A DNA stretch of 64,000 nt, taken from Rhodothermales bacterium (GTDB lineage: Bacteria; Bacteroidota; Rhodothermia; Rhodothermales; UBA10348). The notes under the pieces were generated by a model, which saw only the letters and a list, made by a program, of their open reading frames with translations, had not been told where the DNA came from and searched no databases. Positions 20,204 through 29,031 of this stretch are shown here, one piece after another. A program made the position numbers and the translations under genes. The stretch lies in the NCBI GenBank assembly GCA_017643395.1, contig JAEPNP010000003.1:254769-318768 (forward strand), read 5' to 3'. Position 1 is the stretch's first letter; the number at the start of each line of letters is the position of its first letter.

Positions 20204-20251
20204 AAAAAAGCCCCGACAGGCGGATCCGCAAACGCGGGGGCCTGTCGGGGC
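20204..20251 (-). terminator. Rho-independent terminator (minus strand) between the zapA-side transcript and rny
   Basis: On the minus strand: gccccgacaggc-N18-gcctgtcggggc (12-bp stem) followed by tttttt (plus-strand A-run 20204..20209). Confidence 0.75.
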
Positions 20252-20257
20252 CGTAGA

Positions 20258-20463
20258 GTCAGCACCACCCGAAGCGATTTGATATGAAGAACCTCCCTCA
20301 TATCACAGTGGGCACCGCTCAGGCTCTTCCGCCTTCCCCGGTTCGTCTAAGACGAGACGACGCTACAGGAGCGCCGCTGGGGCCTGGCGTCCAACCCTGA
20401 AGGATGGTTCCCGCAAGTAAATCATTAAGGTTCTTACTTACGCTCGCAACGGGCCGTGCTGAC
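20258..20463 (-). ncRNA. Candidate ~200-nt structured RNA downstream of zapA (6S/ssrS-like placement and architecture; identity unproven)
   Basis: The ends pair: 5' GUCAGCACGGCCCGUUGCGA (20463->20444) with 3' UCGCUUCGGGUGGUGCUGAC (20277->20258), as 8+5+4 bp with small internal loops. Internal hairpins lie at 20412..20442 (9 bp, one U.G) and 20281..20304 (7 bp). The G.U pairs exist only in the minus-strand transcript. A terminator follows 7 nt later. No credible ORF was seen in the 450-bp gap. Confidence 0.4.
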
Positions 20464-20611
20464 AGCAGGATAGAGTCTTCGGCCATGACCGTCAACCACT
20501 TAAGGCCGACTTGGCAGGATGCTCATGCAGGCGGCGGCAGGGCACGGCGGATCGCGTGGCGGGCGGTTGTCGAGCTTCCGTAGCGCGCCGGACCCGGACC
20601 GCCAGCTCGCG

Positions 20612-20905
20612 CTAAGGTCGCGCGGTAAGCGCCCCGGCCAGCGCCTTCTCGAGGTCTCCCAGCTGCGCATCTACCGAGTCGCGCACCTCTTCCCGTGTCG
20701 CCCGCTCCAGAAACAGCTCTTCGGCGATGGCCAGTGCAGTGATCACGGCCGCCGTGGTATCCGACTGCTCGGGATGGGAATCCCGAAAGGCGGTCATTTT
20801 GCTGTCCACATACTCAGCCAATTGCCGGGTAAGCTCGTGATTCTCCTCACGCACCCGCAGGGTGTAGTCGCGGCCCAGGATCTGTACGCGCAGCGCGGTG
20901 CCCAT
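20612..20905 (-). CDS. zapA: Cell division protein ZapA
   Basis: Start taken at MGTALRVQILGRDYTLRVREENHELTRQLAEYVDSKM (ATG 20905); the track ORF's 51-codon N-terminal extension overlaps the upstream gene. The pattern V.I.GR.Y.L......E..L...A..VD..M is typical of ZapA. Confidence 0.85.
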   Translation of the reverse strand: MGTALRVQILGRDYTLRVREENHELTRQLAEYVDSKMTAFRDSHPEQSDTTAAVITALAIAEELFLERATREEVRDSVDAQLGDLEKALAGALTARP

Positions 20906-20906
20906 T

Positions 20907-21326
20907 TCAGTCGATCCCCGCGCGTTCGCCGCGAATCTCGTCCGCCAGGTCCTCCTGCAGATACTGGTCGATGGCCTCGATGAATCCTTCCACCTTGGCG
21001 CGCAGTCCCGCGGGCGTCTCGGTGAAAACAATCGGCGTGCCTTCCACGGGGCTTCCACCGCCGGCCTTCAGGTCCTCCACCTGGCGCTGAAGCTCCGCAT
21101 TCTCTGCCCGCAACCGAGCGAGTTCGCGCGTGGTCAGCTGCACGCGATCCCTGAGCCGCTCCAGAGACTTGTAGCTCTTAAGCTGCACGGTCCGGCGTCC
21201 GCCCACATCCTCGGCCACCGAAGGACTGTCCGTGGCGGTGAACATGTCCTGCTGGCGCTGTTCGTCCGGTTCGGGGAGGGACGGAAGGTCGTCCGGGTCC
21301 TGGTCGTGAGGCGGGATTTCCGACAT
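20907..21326 (-). CDS. Coiled-coil protein of unknown function (ZapB-like position upstream of zapA)
   Basis: Acidic Pro-rich N-terminus, then coiled coil SLERLRDRVQLTTRELARLRAENAELQRQVEDLK. The stop lies 1 nt before the zapA ATG. The start is ambiguous between 21326 (MSEIPPHD) and 21347. Confidence 0.6.
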   Translation of the reverse strand: MSEIPPHDQDPDDLPSLPEPDEQRQQDMFTATDSPSVAEDVGGRRTVQLKSYKSLERLRDRVQLTTRELARLRAENAELQRQVEDLKAGGGSPVEGTPIVFTETPAGLRAKVEGFIEAIDQYLQEDLADEIRGERAGID

Positions 21327-21355
21327 GGAAGGGCGGGATGGGGCCAAATATACGC

Positions 21356-23833
21356 TCAGCCCCGCAGTTCTGCGGAGAACTGGTTGGACAGCGTCTTGAC
21401 CACCTTGGAGACGGCCTTGTCCACCTCCTGGTCTTTCAGCGTGCGGTCCGCTCCGAAGGCCATGCCGATGGCCACGCTCTTGTGTCCGTCGGGGATACCC
21501 TTGCCCTCGTACACATCGAAGACGCGCGCGTTGCGGAGCAGCTTGCCCCCGGCCCGTTGCGCGGCCTGAAGCATATCACCTACCGGGGTGCCGCCGGAGA
21601 CCAGCACCGCGATGTCGCGCTCCACCACAGGGAATCGGGACACCTCCTGGTACTGCACAGGTCGGGAAGAGTGGATGGCCGCAACCAGCGCGGAGAAGTT
21701 GATCTCCGCGAAGTACACCGCTCCCTCGATCCCGAACTCGCCGGCGACTTCCGGAGATACCGCTCCGATGGTGCCGATGGACTTCCGGTCCAGCGTCACG
21801 TTCAGATGGTAATGGGTCAGGTCCGAGCCTGTCGGCTCCGGGTTCATGCGCACCCGACGGCCCAGGCCAAGCGACTGCAGCAGCCCTTCCACAGTGCCTT
21901 TAGCTTCGAACAGGCTGGCTTCGGCGGCCGGACCGCTCCATGCGTCCAGGCCGTCCTTGCCGCTCACGAGCACAAGCAGATGCTCCTGTTCGCGGTACCC
22001 GGGAAGGATGGTGCCGCCGTCGTGCCGGTCAAACACGTGGCCGAACTCGAATGCCTGCAATCCGGGCTGTCCATGGTTCAGGTTGTGCGCCAGCACCTGA
22101 AGGGCACCGGGCAGGAGGGAGGGTCGAAGCGCGGCCATCTCCTGTGAGATGGGATTCAGTGTGCCCACCGGGGCCCCAACAGGTTCGCCACCACGCAGCC
22201 CGGCCGAAGCGAACTGCTCCGCTCGATCCAGCCGCATCATGCTGTTGGTGTACAACTCCCGATAGCCTAGACCCACCAGCCGGTCGGCGACCCGGATGCG
22301 CAGCGGCAACGGCTTCGGCGGAGCGAGGCGTGCGTTGGGCACCGTGCCGTGGCTCGGCTCTTCGATGCGGTCCAGTCCGTACAGTCGGGCCACCTCTTCG
22401 ATGAGGTCGATTTCCCGTTCCACATCCGGGCGATGCGGTGGCACTGTCACCAACCATCCGTCGTCGGTGGCTTCGGTGACGAATCCGATGGCGTTCAGCA
22501 GGCGCTGGGCCTCAGCGTCCGGAACGGAAACGCCCAGTACCAGCGTGATGCGGTCCCGCCGGAGCGTCACGCGGGAAGGCTGCCAGCGCACCGGGTGTGC
22601 GTCCACCATGCCGGGCACGATGGTACCGCCCGCCAGATCACGCATCAGCTCCGCGGCCCGCGCCGCCGCCCAGGCCTGCCCGGTCGGGTCAACGCCGCGC
22701 TCGAATCGGTAGGAGGCGTCGGTTTGCAGGCCCAGTTTCTTGGAGGCACGCCGCACATCGCCCGGATCGAACCATGCGGACTCGATCAGCACGTTGGTCG
22801 TGGAGTCAGACACCTCAGAGTTCTGGCCGCCCATGACGCCGGCGATGGCCACGTCGCGCTGGCCGTCGGTGATCATCAGGGTGCCCACCGGAAGCTCCCG
22901 CTCCTGGTCGTCGAGCGTGGTGAACTTCTCCGGCCCGTTTGTGCGGCGCACGCGGATGGTCGCGTCCGCAAGGAGGTCGAAATCGAACGCGTGCAGCGGC
23001 TGGCCGCACTCCATCATCACGTAGTTGGTGATGTCTACCACGTTGTTGAGCGGCCGCAGCCCGGCGGATTCCAGGCGCGACTTCATCCATGCCGGAGAGT
23101 CGCCGATGGTTACGCCGCGCACCAGGATGCCCACGTAGCGGTTGCAGCCTTCAGGGTCCAGGATCTCAACCGTGACCTGGGAAGCGGCATCACCGCCCGC
23201 CTCCGGTACCGCCACGTCGGGCCGCGAGAGCGCCACGTCTGCGAGGGCCGCCACATCCCGGGCCACGCCGATGTGGGAAATGGCGTCCGGGCGGTTCGGC
23301 GTAATGGCGATGTCGATGGACTGGTCCGAGACGGCCACGCCCTGCGAAGCGAGGTACTCGGCAAACGGGCGGCCGAGCGGCGCGTCATCTGCGAGCACCA
23401 TGATGCCGTCGTGGTCGTCTCCCAGGCCGAGTTCGTCCTCGGCGCAGATCATGCCGTTGGACTCTTCACCACGGATTTTGGAGCGCTTGAGCGTCACCGG
23501 CACAAGCGTGTCGGGGTCCTTGCGGTCCGGCAGATGCAAGGCGGTGCCGACCGTAGCCACGGGTACGCGCTGTCCGCCTGCCACATTCGGGGCACCGCAG
23601 ACAATCTGCACCGGGACCCCATCGCCCAGATCAACGCTGCAGACTCGCAGGCGGTCTGCATTCGGGTGCTGCTTGACGTCCAGCACGTGACCGACCACCA
23701 CGCCGGTCATGTCACGTCCCATCTGGTCGACAGACTCGACCTCGAGGCCGCTCATGGTCAGCCGGTCCGCGAGCTCGTCCGCGGACCATCCCGGCTGCAC
23801 GTAGTCGGCGATCCAGTTGTAACTGATTCTCAT
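21356..23833 (-). CDS. pheT: Phenylalanine--tRNA ligase beta subunit
   Basis: 825 aa. N-terminal tRNA-binding OB domain (VVGHVLDVKQHPNADRLRVCSVDLG), B5 domain (DLIEEVARLYGLDRI), C-terminal FDX-ACB (YQEVSRFPVVERDIAVLV). Confidence 0.96.
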   Translation of the reverse strand: MRISYNWIADYVQPGWSADELADRLTMSGLEVESVDQMGRDMTGVVVGHVLDVKQHPNADRLRVCSVDLGDGVPVQIVCGAPNVAGGQRVPVATVGTALHLPDRKDPDTLVPVTLKRSKIRGEESNGMICAEDELGLGDDHDGIMVLADDAPLGRPFAEYLASQGVAVSDQSIDIAITPNRPDAISHIGVARDVAALADVALSRPDVAVPEAGGDAASQVTVEILDPEGCNRYVGILVRGVTIGDSPAWMKSRLESAGLRPLNNVVDITNYVMMECGQPLHAFDFDLLADATIRVRRTNGPEKFTTLDDQERELPVGTLMITDGQRDVAIAGVMGGQNSEVSDSTTNVLIESAWFDPGDVRRASKKLGLQTDASYRFERGVDPTGQAWAAARAAELMRDLAGGTIVPGMVDAHPVRWQPSRVTLRRDRITLVLGVSVPDAEAQRLLNAIGFVTEATDDGWLVTVPPHRPDVEREIDLIEEVARLYGLDRIEEPSHGTVPNARLAPPKPLPLRIRVADRLVGLGYRELYTNSMMRLDRAEQFASAGLRGGEPVGAPVGTLNPISQEMAALRPSLLPGALQVLAHNLNHGQPGLQAFEFGHVFDRHDGGTILPGYREQEHLLVLVSGKDGLDAWSGPAAEASLFEAKGTVEGLLQSLGLGRRVRMNPEPTGSDLTHYHLNVTLDRKSIGTIGAVSPEVAGEFGIEGAVYFAEINFSALVAAIHSSRPVQYQEVSRFPVVERDIAVLVSGGTPVGDMLQAAQRAGGKLLRNARVFDVYEGKGIPDGHKSVAIGMAFGADRTLKDQEVDKAVSKVVKTLSNQFSAELRG

Positions 23834-23835
23834 GG

Positions 23836-24861
23836 TTAGCTGAACTGCTCGAGGAAGCGCACGTCGTTTTCGTACAGCACGCGGATGTCTGAGATGTTGT
23901 AGCGCAGCATGGCGATGCGCTCGACGCCCATGCCGAACGCGTAGCCGGTGTATTCCTCCGGGTCTACGTTCACGGCCTTGAGGACCTCAGGATCTACCAT
24001 GCCACTGCCGAGGATTTCCATCCAGCGGCCGCCGTCCGGCAGGGAATCATCCTTCCACCAGATGTCGACTTCGGCGCTGGGTTCGGTGAAGGGGAAGAAG
24101 GAGGGACGGAAGCGCATGCGCACATCGTCCCCGAAGATCTCGCGTGCGAACGCGTGCAGGACCTGCTTGAGGTCCGCGAGCGAAACGCCCTTGTCCACGT
24201 AAAGGCCTTCCACCTGATGGAACAGGCAGAACGACTTGTAGGAGATGGCCTCGTTGCGGTAGACCCGGCCCGGTGCAATGATGCGGATGGGCGGCGGGTT
24301 CTGCTGCATGACGCGGATCTGCACTGGTGAGGTGTGGGTGCGCAGGAGCACACCCTTGCCTGCGTCATCCGGGGCGTCCAGCCAGAACGTGTCCTGCATG
24401 TCCCTGGCCGGATGATCCGGCGGGAAGTTCAGGGCACCGAAGTTGTGCCAGTCGTCCTCGATCTCCGGACCCTCGGCCACGGCAAAGCCGAAGGACTCGA
24501 GCACCCTGCGGATCTCGCGTTCGGTCTGCGTGATGGGATGCAGGCTTCCGAGGCTGCGGCTGATGCCGGGTAGCGACAGGTCGATGTCCACCGGCGCGGC
24601 GCGCTCGGCTGCCTTGAGGGCCTCCTGTGCATCCGCGATGCGCGATTCCACCGTGCGCTTGAGAGCGTTGACCCGTTGGCCGTAGGCCTTGCGGTTCTCG
24701 GGCGCCACCGACGGGATGCCTTTCAGCAGTTCGGTGATCTTGCCCTGCTTCTTGCTCAGGTAGCGGATGCGGAACGCGTCGATCTGCTCGGCCGAGTCCA
24801 GCGCTTCCTGCTGCACGGCGCCTTCAAGTTCGGCGAAGGTGCTGTCGAGGGGGTCTGACAT
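23836..24861 (-). CDS. pheS: Phenylalanine--tRNA ligase alpha subunit
   Basis: Class II core motifs: [16 protein letters not shown] and [16 protein letters not shown]. Start taken at [14 protein letters not shown] (ATG 24861); the track ORF starts 13 codons earlier. Confidence 0.95.
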   Translation of the reverse strand: MSDPLDSTFAELEGAVQQEALDSAEQIDAFRIRYLSKKQGKITELLKGIPSVAPENRKAYGQRVNALKRTVESRIADAQEALKAAERAAPVDIDLSLPGISRSLGSLHPITQTEREIRRVLESFGFAVAEGPEIEDDWHNFGALNFPPDHPARDMQDTFWLDAPDDAGKGVLLRTHTSPVQIRVMQQNPPPIRIIAPGRVYRNEAISYKSFCLFHQVEGLYVDKGVSLADLKQVLHAFAREIFGDDVRMRFRPSFFPFTEPSAEVDIWWKDDSLPDGGRWMEILGSGMVDPEVLKAVNVDPEEYTGYAFGMGVERIAMLRYNISDIRVLYENDVRFLEQFS

Positions 24862-24882
24862 GGATTGATGCGATAAAACAGA

Positions 24883-24916
24883 AAATCCCGCCGTGGCCAT
24901 GGCCGCGACGGGATTT
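24883..24916 (-). terminator. Imperfect hairpin with U-rich tail between rplT and pheS (terminator/attenuator candidate)
   Basis: Minus strand: aaatcccgtcgcggcc-at-ggccacggcgggattt (16-nt arms, 2 mismatches) followed by tctgttttat. Confidence 0.4.
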
Positions 24917-24999
24917 CCGAAACACTCAGAGTCCGGCAGGCGGCAATGACTAGCTAAGCCGCCCGATAAATCGTGTCGAGTGCCGGGTCTTGGTCATGA

Positions 25000-25347
25000 C
25001 TACTTCGATGCGGTCTCAACCACTTTGGAAAACGCCTTGGGATCGTTCATGGCGAGATCAGCCAGCACCTTGCGGTTCAGCGTGATGTCGGCCTTGCGGA
25101 GCGAGCCCAGGAAACGCGAATACGACGTGCCGTTAAGGCGAGCCGCAGCGTTGATGCGGGTGATCCAGAGGCGGCGGAACTGACGCTTGCGCTGCCGGCG
25201 GTCCCGGTACTGGTACTGGAGCGCCTTCTCGACGGCGTTCTTGGCGACGGTGTAAATGTTGCGGCGGCGGCCCCAATAGCCTTTGGCCATGGCCATGATC
25301 CGCTTCCGGCGGGCGCGGCTCGCAACTCTATTCTTTGCGCGTGGCAT
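25000..25347 (-). CDS. rplT: 50S ribosomal protein L20
   Basis: 115 aa. [30 protein letters not shown]... is a typical L20 N-terminus. Confidence 0.97.
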   Translation of the reverse strand: MPRAKNRVASRARRKRIMAMAKGYWGRRRNIYTVAKNAVEKALQYQYRDRRQRKRQFRRLWITRINAAARLNGTSYSRFLGSLRKADITLNRKVLADLAMNDPKAFSKVVETASK

Positions 25348-25361
25348 GCTGCTCTATCTGT

Positions 25362-25556
25362 TTACGACTGGATGAGCCGCTTCATGCGGGGCTCGTCCGC
25401 CTTGTCGACCAGAGTCGTCTCCCGAAGATTTCTCTTCCGCTTGGGGCTCTTCTTGGTCAGAATGTGGCTGTGAAACGCCTTCTTTCGCTTCAGACGGCCC
25501 GAACCGGTCACTGAGAACCGCTTCTTGGCGCCGCTGTTGCTCTTCATTTTCGGCAT
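25362..25556 (-). CDS. rpmI: 50S ribosomal protein L35
   Basis: 64 aa. [42 protein letters not shown]. Confidence 0.97.
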   Translation of the reverse strand: MPKMKSNSGAKKRFSVTGSGRLKRKKAFHSHILTKKSPKRKRNLRETTLVDKADEPRMKRLIQS

Positions 25557-25743
25557 GATATCTATCCGGCTGGAGGCCGTTTTGTGCAGTTGCCGAGGGG
25601 CAATTGCGCTTTATCCAGAGCCGACTAAAGTACGAATCCAGGCTTGGTTTCGCCAAGATCGTATGAGGCTCCGGCGGGAAGAAGCAGTGAAGCAGGGGGG
25701 CGTTCGGCCTCGGGCTCGGCGACCGCTTCAGCGCGGCTATGCG

Positions 25744-26262
25744 CTACGGCTTCTTCTTGTTCGGACTCAGGATGGTCGCCATGCGGCGGCCCTCCATGCG
25801 CGGCTCCTGGTCAATCCGGGCCAGGTCCTGCAGTTCGCTCATGAACCGCGCCAGGATTTCCATGCCGTGGTCCTTGTACACGATGTCTCGACCGCGGAAC
25901 TGTACGTATGCGCGCACCTTGTGACCGTGCTCAAGGAAATTCTTGGCGTGCTTGACCTTGAACTCGAAGTCGTGCGTGTCGGTGTGCGGGCGGAAGCGGA
26001 TCTCCTTGAGCTCCGCGTTATGCGACTTCTTGCGCATCTCCTTTTCCCGCTTCTGCTGCTCGTACTTGTACTTGCCGTAATCCATGATCTTGCAGACCGG
26101 TGGATCGGCGTTCGGGGAGATTTCGACCAGGTCGAGCTGCTGGTCCTGGGCCATCCGAAGGGCTTCACGGGTTTCGTAGACGCCGTGGTTGCCTTTGGGA
26201 TCAACGACGCGGACCCGCGGGGCGCGGATGCCGTCGTTCACTCGTACTCGTTGCTTGGAGAT
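25744..26262 (-). CDS. infC: Translation initiation factor IF-3; probable non-canonical ATC start at 26262 (track ORF begins at GTG 26241)
   Basis: IF-3 N and C domains: VNDGIRAPRVRVVDPKGNHGVY...LDLVEISPNADPPVCKIMDYGKYKYEQQK. The frame opens after TGA as T-K-T-I-S-K-Q-R-V-R-V-N-D. An ATC start gives the 7-residue lead-in before the (I/V)N..IR motif that IF-3 proteins normally have. Confidence 0.9.
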   Translation of the reverse strand: MSKQRVRVNDGIRAPRVRVVDPKGNHGVYETREALRMAQDQQLDLVEISPNADPPVCKIMDYGKYKYEQQKREKEMRKKSHNAELKEIRFRPHTDTHDFEFKVKHAKNFLEHGHKVRAYVQFRGRDIVYKDHGMEILARFMSELQDLARIDQEPRMEGRRMATILSPNKKKP

Positions 26263-26391
26263 AGTCTTCGTTCAGTTAGTGATCGGGCGGGCGGAAACAG
26301 GCCTGGAAGCAAAAGCCTCGCCAAACACCGTGATACCGCAGGCGATACCCCGGAGTTTCGCACGCATATTACGCGCTGGAGGCTATTTCCA

Positions 26392-28341
26392 CTATGAGGC
26401 CGCCTGCGCCGTCACCTGATTCTCACGGGCGATGTGGTCCAGGAATGCCTGGATGTCCATCGAGCCCTGATCGCCTTCGCCGTGCCGGCGCACCGCGACC
26501 GTACCGGATTCCATCTCACGGCCACCGACAACAAGCATGTAGGGGACCTTCTGCATTTCGGCCGAGCGGATTTTGTAGCCCACTTTTTCGTTGCGCAGAT
26601 CGGTCTCCACGCGGATGCCGGCTTCCTGCAGTTTGGCCGCCACTTCCTGGGCGTACCCCTCGAAATCCTGCCCCACGGGCAGTACGGCAACCTGCACGGG
26701 GGCCAGCCATACCGGGAAGTTGCCGCCGCAATGCTCGATCAGTACGCCGATGAAGCGCTCGAGCGAGCCGAACGGAGCGCGGTGGATCATCACGGGGCGA
26801 TGCTTCTCGTTGTCCGCGCCGGTGTACCAGAGGTCGAAGCGCTCCGGCAGGTTGTAGTCGATCTGGATCGTGCCCAGCTGCCAGGAGCGACCAAGCGCGT
26901 CCTTGACCATGAAGTCCAGCTTGGGGCCGTAGAAGGCGGCCTCGCCGACCTCCTCTACCGTGTCCAGGCCCATCTCCTGAGCGGCCTCGCGGATGCTCTG
27001 CTCGGCGACGTCCCACAGTTCGGCACTGCCGACATACTTGTCCGGGTTGTCCGGGTCGCGCAGGGACACCTGTGCCGTGAAGTCGGAAAATCCGAGCGAA
27101 CGGAAGACGAGCAGTGTGAGGTCGATAACGTCCTTGAACTCGGCCTTCACCTGATCGGGCATGCAGAAGAGGTGGGCGTCGTCGACGGTGAAGCCCCGCA
27201 CGCGGGTGAGGCCGCCCAGCTCACCGGACTGCTCGTACCGGTAGACGGTGCCGAACTCCGCCAGACGTACTGGCAGCTCGCGATAGGAACGCGGCCGCGC
27301 ATCGTACACCTGGGTGTGGTGCGGACAGTTCATGGGCTTGAGGAGGTAGCCGTCCTCCTCGTCATCCATCATGGGTGGGAACTGCGAGTCGCTGTAATAC
27401 GGGTAGTGGCCTGAAGTCCGGTACAGGTCCAATCGCCCGATATGCGGCGTGATGACTGGCAGGTACCCGCGGCGAAGCTGCTCCTGCTTGAGGAAATCCA
27501 CCAGCGTCTCGCGCACCATCGTGCCCTTGGGCAACCAGAGCGGCAGGCCGGAGCCGACCTTCTGGCTGAAGGTGAAAAGCTCCAGCTCCTTGCCCAGCTT
27601 GCGATGGTCGCGCTGGCGGGCGAGCTCCAGCATCTCCAGAAACTCGTCCAGCTGCGCCTTCTTGGGGAAGGTGATGCCGTAGAGGCGGGTCAGCTGCGGG
27701 CGATCCGAGTCGCCGCGCCAGTAGGCCCCGGCTACATTCAGGATCTTCGGGTTCTTGAGGTTCTTGCTGGAACGCACGTGCGGACCCCGGCAGAGGTCCA
27801 CGAAATCACCCTGCTGGTAGAAGGTGATCGTGCCGTCCTCGAGCTCCTCGATCAGCTCCAGCTTGTACTCGTCGCCTTTTTCGGAGAAGTAGGCGTGGGC
27901 CTCGTCCTTGGAGACCTCGCGGCGCTCGAACTCCACGTTCCGGCGCGCGAGTCCCGTCATCTTCTTCTCGATGGCTTCCAGGTCCTCCGGGCCGAGGGTG
28001 CGGTCTCCGAGGTCCACGTCATAGTAGAAGCCCTTATCGATCGAGGGTCCGATGCCGAACTTGACACCCGGGTACAGCGCTTCGAGCGCCTCTGCCATGA
28101 GATGCGCGCTGGAGTGCCAGTACGTGGCACGGCCCTGATCGTCATTCCAGGTGAAGACCTGGAAATCGGCGTCCTCTTCAATGGGCCGGTTGAGGTCCCG
28201 CGTCTCGCCGTTAACGCCGACGGAAAGCGCATTGCGGGCCAGTCCCTCCGAGATGGAGCGGGCCACATCGAATCCCGTCACGCCGCTGTCAAAGGAGCGT
28301 TGGGAGCCGTCGGGAAAAGTCAGGGTGATGGTGTTTGCCAT
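26392..28341 (-). CDS. thrS: Threonine--tRNA ligase
   Basis: 649 aa. TGS domain, editing-domain motif WHSSAHLMAEA, class II motifs (RGFTVDDAHLF, HRAPFGSLERFIGVLIEH), C-terminal anticodon-binding domain. Confidence 0.96.
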   Translation of the reverse strand: MANTITLTFPDGSQRSFDSGVTGFDVARSISEGLARNALSVGVNGETRDLNRPIEEDADFQVFTWNDDQGRATYWHSSAHLMAEALEALYPGVKFGIGPSIDKGFYYDVDLGDRTLGPEDLEAIEKKMTGLARRNVEFERREVSKDEAHAYFSEKGDEYKLELIEELEDGTITFYQQGDFVDLCRGPHVRSSKNLKNPKILNVAGAYWRGDSDRPQLTRLYGITFPKKAQLDEFLEMLELARQRDHRKLGKELELFTFSQKVGSGLPLWLPKGTMVRETLVDFLKQEQLRRGYLPVITPHIGRLDLYRTSGHYPYYSDSQFPPMMDDEEDGYLLKPMNCPHHTQVYDARPRSYRELPVRLAEFGTVYRYEQSGELGGLTRVRGFTVDDAHLFCMPDQVKAEFKDVIDLTLLVFRSLGFSDFTAQVSLRDPDNPDKYVGSAELWDVAEQSIREAAQEMGLDTVEEVGEAAFYGPKLDFMVKDALGRSWQLGTIQIDYNLPERFDLWYTGADNEKHRPVMIHRAPFGSLERFIGVLIEHCGGNFPVWLAPVQVAVLPVGQDFEGYAQEVAAKLQEAGIRVETDLRNEKVGYKIRSAEMQKVPYMLVVGGREMESGTVAVRRHGEGDQGSMDIQAFLDHIARENQVTAQAAS

Positions 28342-28407
28342 GAGTGCCGTTCGATCAAGCCGGCGAAATCTAGCCGATTGGGAGGGGGGAGTCTGTGGAT
28401 CTTCGGG

Positions 28408-28881
28408 TCAGAATCCGAAGCCGGAGGTGCCGGTGCCCCGGCTGGGCGGCGTTCGGCGCGGCACTTCCTCATCGTCCAGAATGCGATTCAGGATGGCGGG
28501 CGTGATCTGGTGTTCGGCGCAGATCTCCTCGCGCGTCATGTCGGAGTCCAGATAATCCGCGACGACAGCGCGGACCAGTTCCTGATCCAGGGGCTGCTTG
28601 CGCGGGCGCGGCGGCTCGCCGTGCACCTTGAGCACCTTGATGAGCAGGCTCACCGGGATGTGGAACTGGTCGCAGATTTCCTTCTGTGTCAGGCCTTCCC
28701 GGGCGGCATCGATCAGGCGATAGTCACGCACGCCGTACTCATACTGCCGCTCCAGCGCGCCGGACTCCAGCAGAATCCTGCGCACCTTGTATTCCTGCAT
28801 GCCAATAAGGCGGGCGATGCTGGCCGCGCCGAGTCCTTCGCCGTGCAGTCGGTGGATTTTATGCCACGTTTCGCTTCGCAT
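28408..28881 (-). CDS. Protein with three tandem helix-turn-helix-like modules, unknown function
   Basis: Start taken at MRSETWHKIHRLHGEGLGAASIARLIGMQEYKVRRIL (ATG 28881). Second module: EGLTQKEICDQFHIPVSLLIKVLK. Third module: SDMTREEICAEHQITPAILNRILD. The track ORF extends to 29160 through a GC-rich repeat encoding Pro/Ala/Arg-rich sequence; which start is real is unresolved. Confidence 0.6.
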   Translation of the reverse strand: MRSETWHKIHRLHGEGLGAASIARLIGMQEYKVRRILLESGALERQYEYGVRDYRLIDAAREGLTQKEICDQFHIPVSLLIKVLKVHGEPPRPRKQPLDQELVRAVVADYLDSDMTREEICAEHQITPAILNRILDDEEVPRRTPPSRGTGTSGFGF

Positions 28882-28957
28882 AGAAAACGGGAAACGCGTG
28901 AGCGTGGCGGAGGTGCCGGGGAGTTTTCCACAGGGGGGCGCTGTGGCGCTCGGGCGG

Positions 28958-29031
28958 GGCGTGGCGCTGGCGCGGGGTGCGGGCGGTCCGTGGCGCGGGG
29001 CGCGCGGCGTGGCACTGGCGCGGGGTGCGGG
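28958..29031. repeat. Direct repeat of a 26-nt GC-rich unit (GGCGTGGCRCTGGCGCGGGGTGCGGG), two copies 48 nt apart
   Basis: Copy 1 is 28958..28983 and copy 2 is 29006..29031, with one mismatch. A degenerate third copy lies near 28938. Confidence 0.8.

Noticed and set aside
20258-20463. tmRNA, RNase P RNA or SRP RNA identity for the zapA-rny intergenic RNA
   Set aside because: There is no GGGGCUGA 5' end, no tag ORF ending ..LAA-stop and no UCCACCA 3' end (tmRNA). There is no GAGGAAAGUCCGG P4 sequence (RNase P). There is no helix-8 GGAA/AGCA SRP motif. Only a 6S-like or novel leader interpretation remains.
22349-23839. 496-aa plus-strand ORF opposite pheT (similar cases: 21338..22147 and 23142..23690)
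   Set aside because: It is antisense to a full-length, motif-rich PheT. Its translation is Arg/Gly/His/Val-rich low-complexity sequence with no motifs. This is a typical stop-codon-poor antisense frame in GC-rich DNA.
28938-29031. GC-rich direct repeats considered as a possible CRISPR or tandem-repeat array
   Set aside because: There are only two good copies (26 nt, 48-nt period) plus one degenerate copy. There is no spacer-like regularity and no cas genes. The repeats lie within or adjacent to an ORF 5' region.
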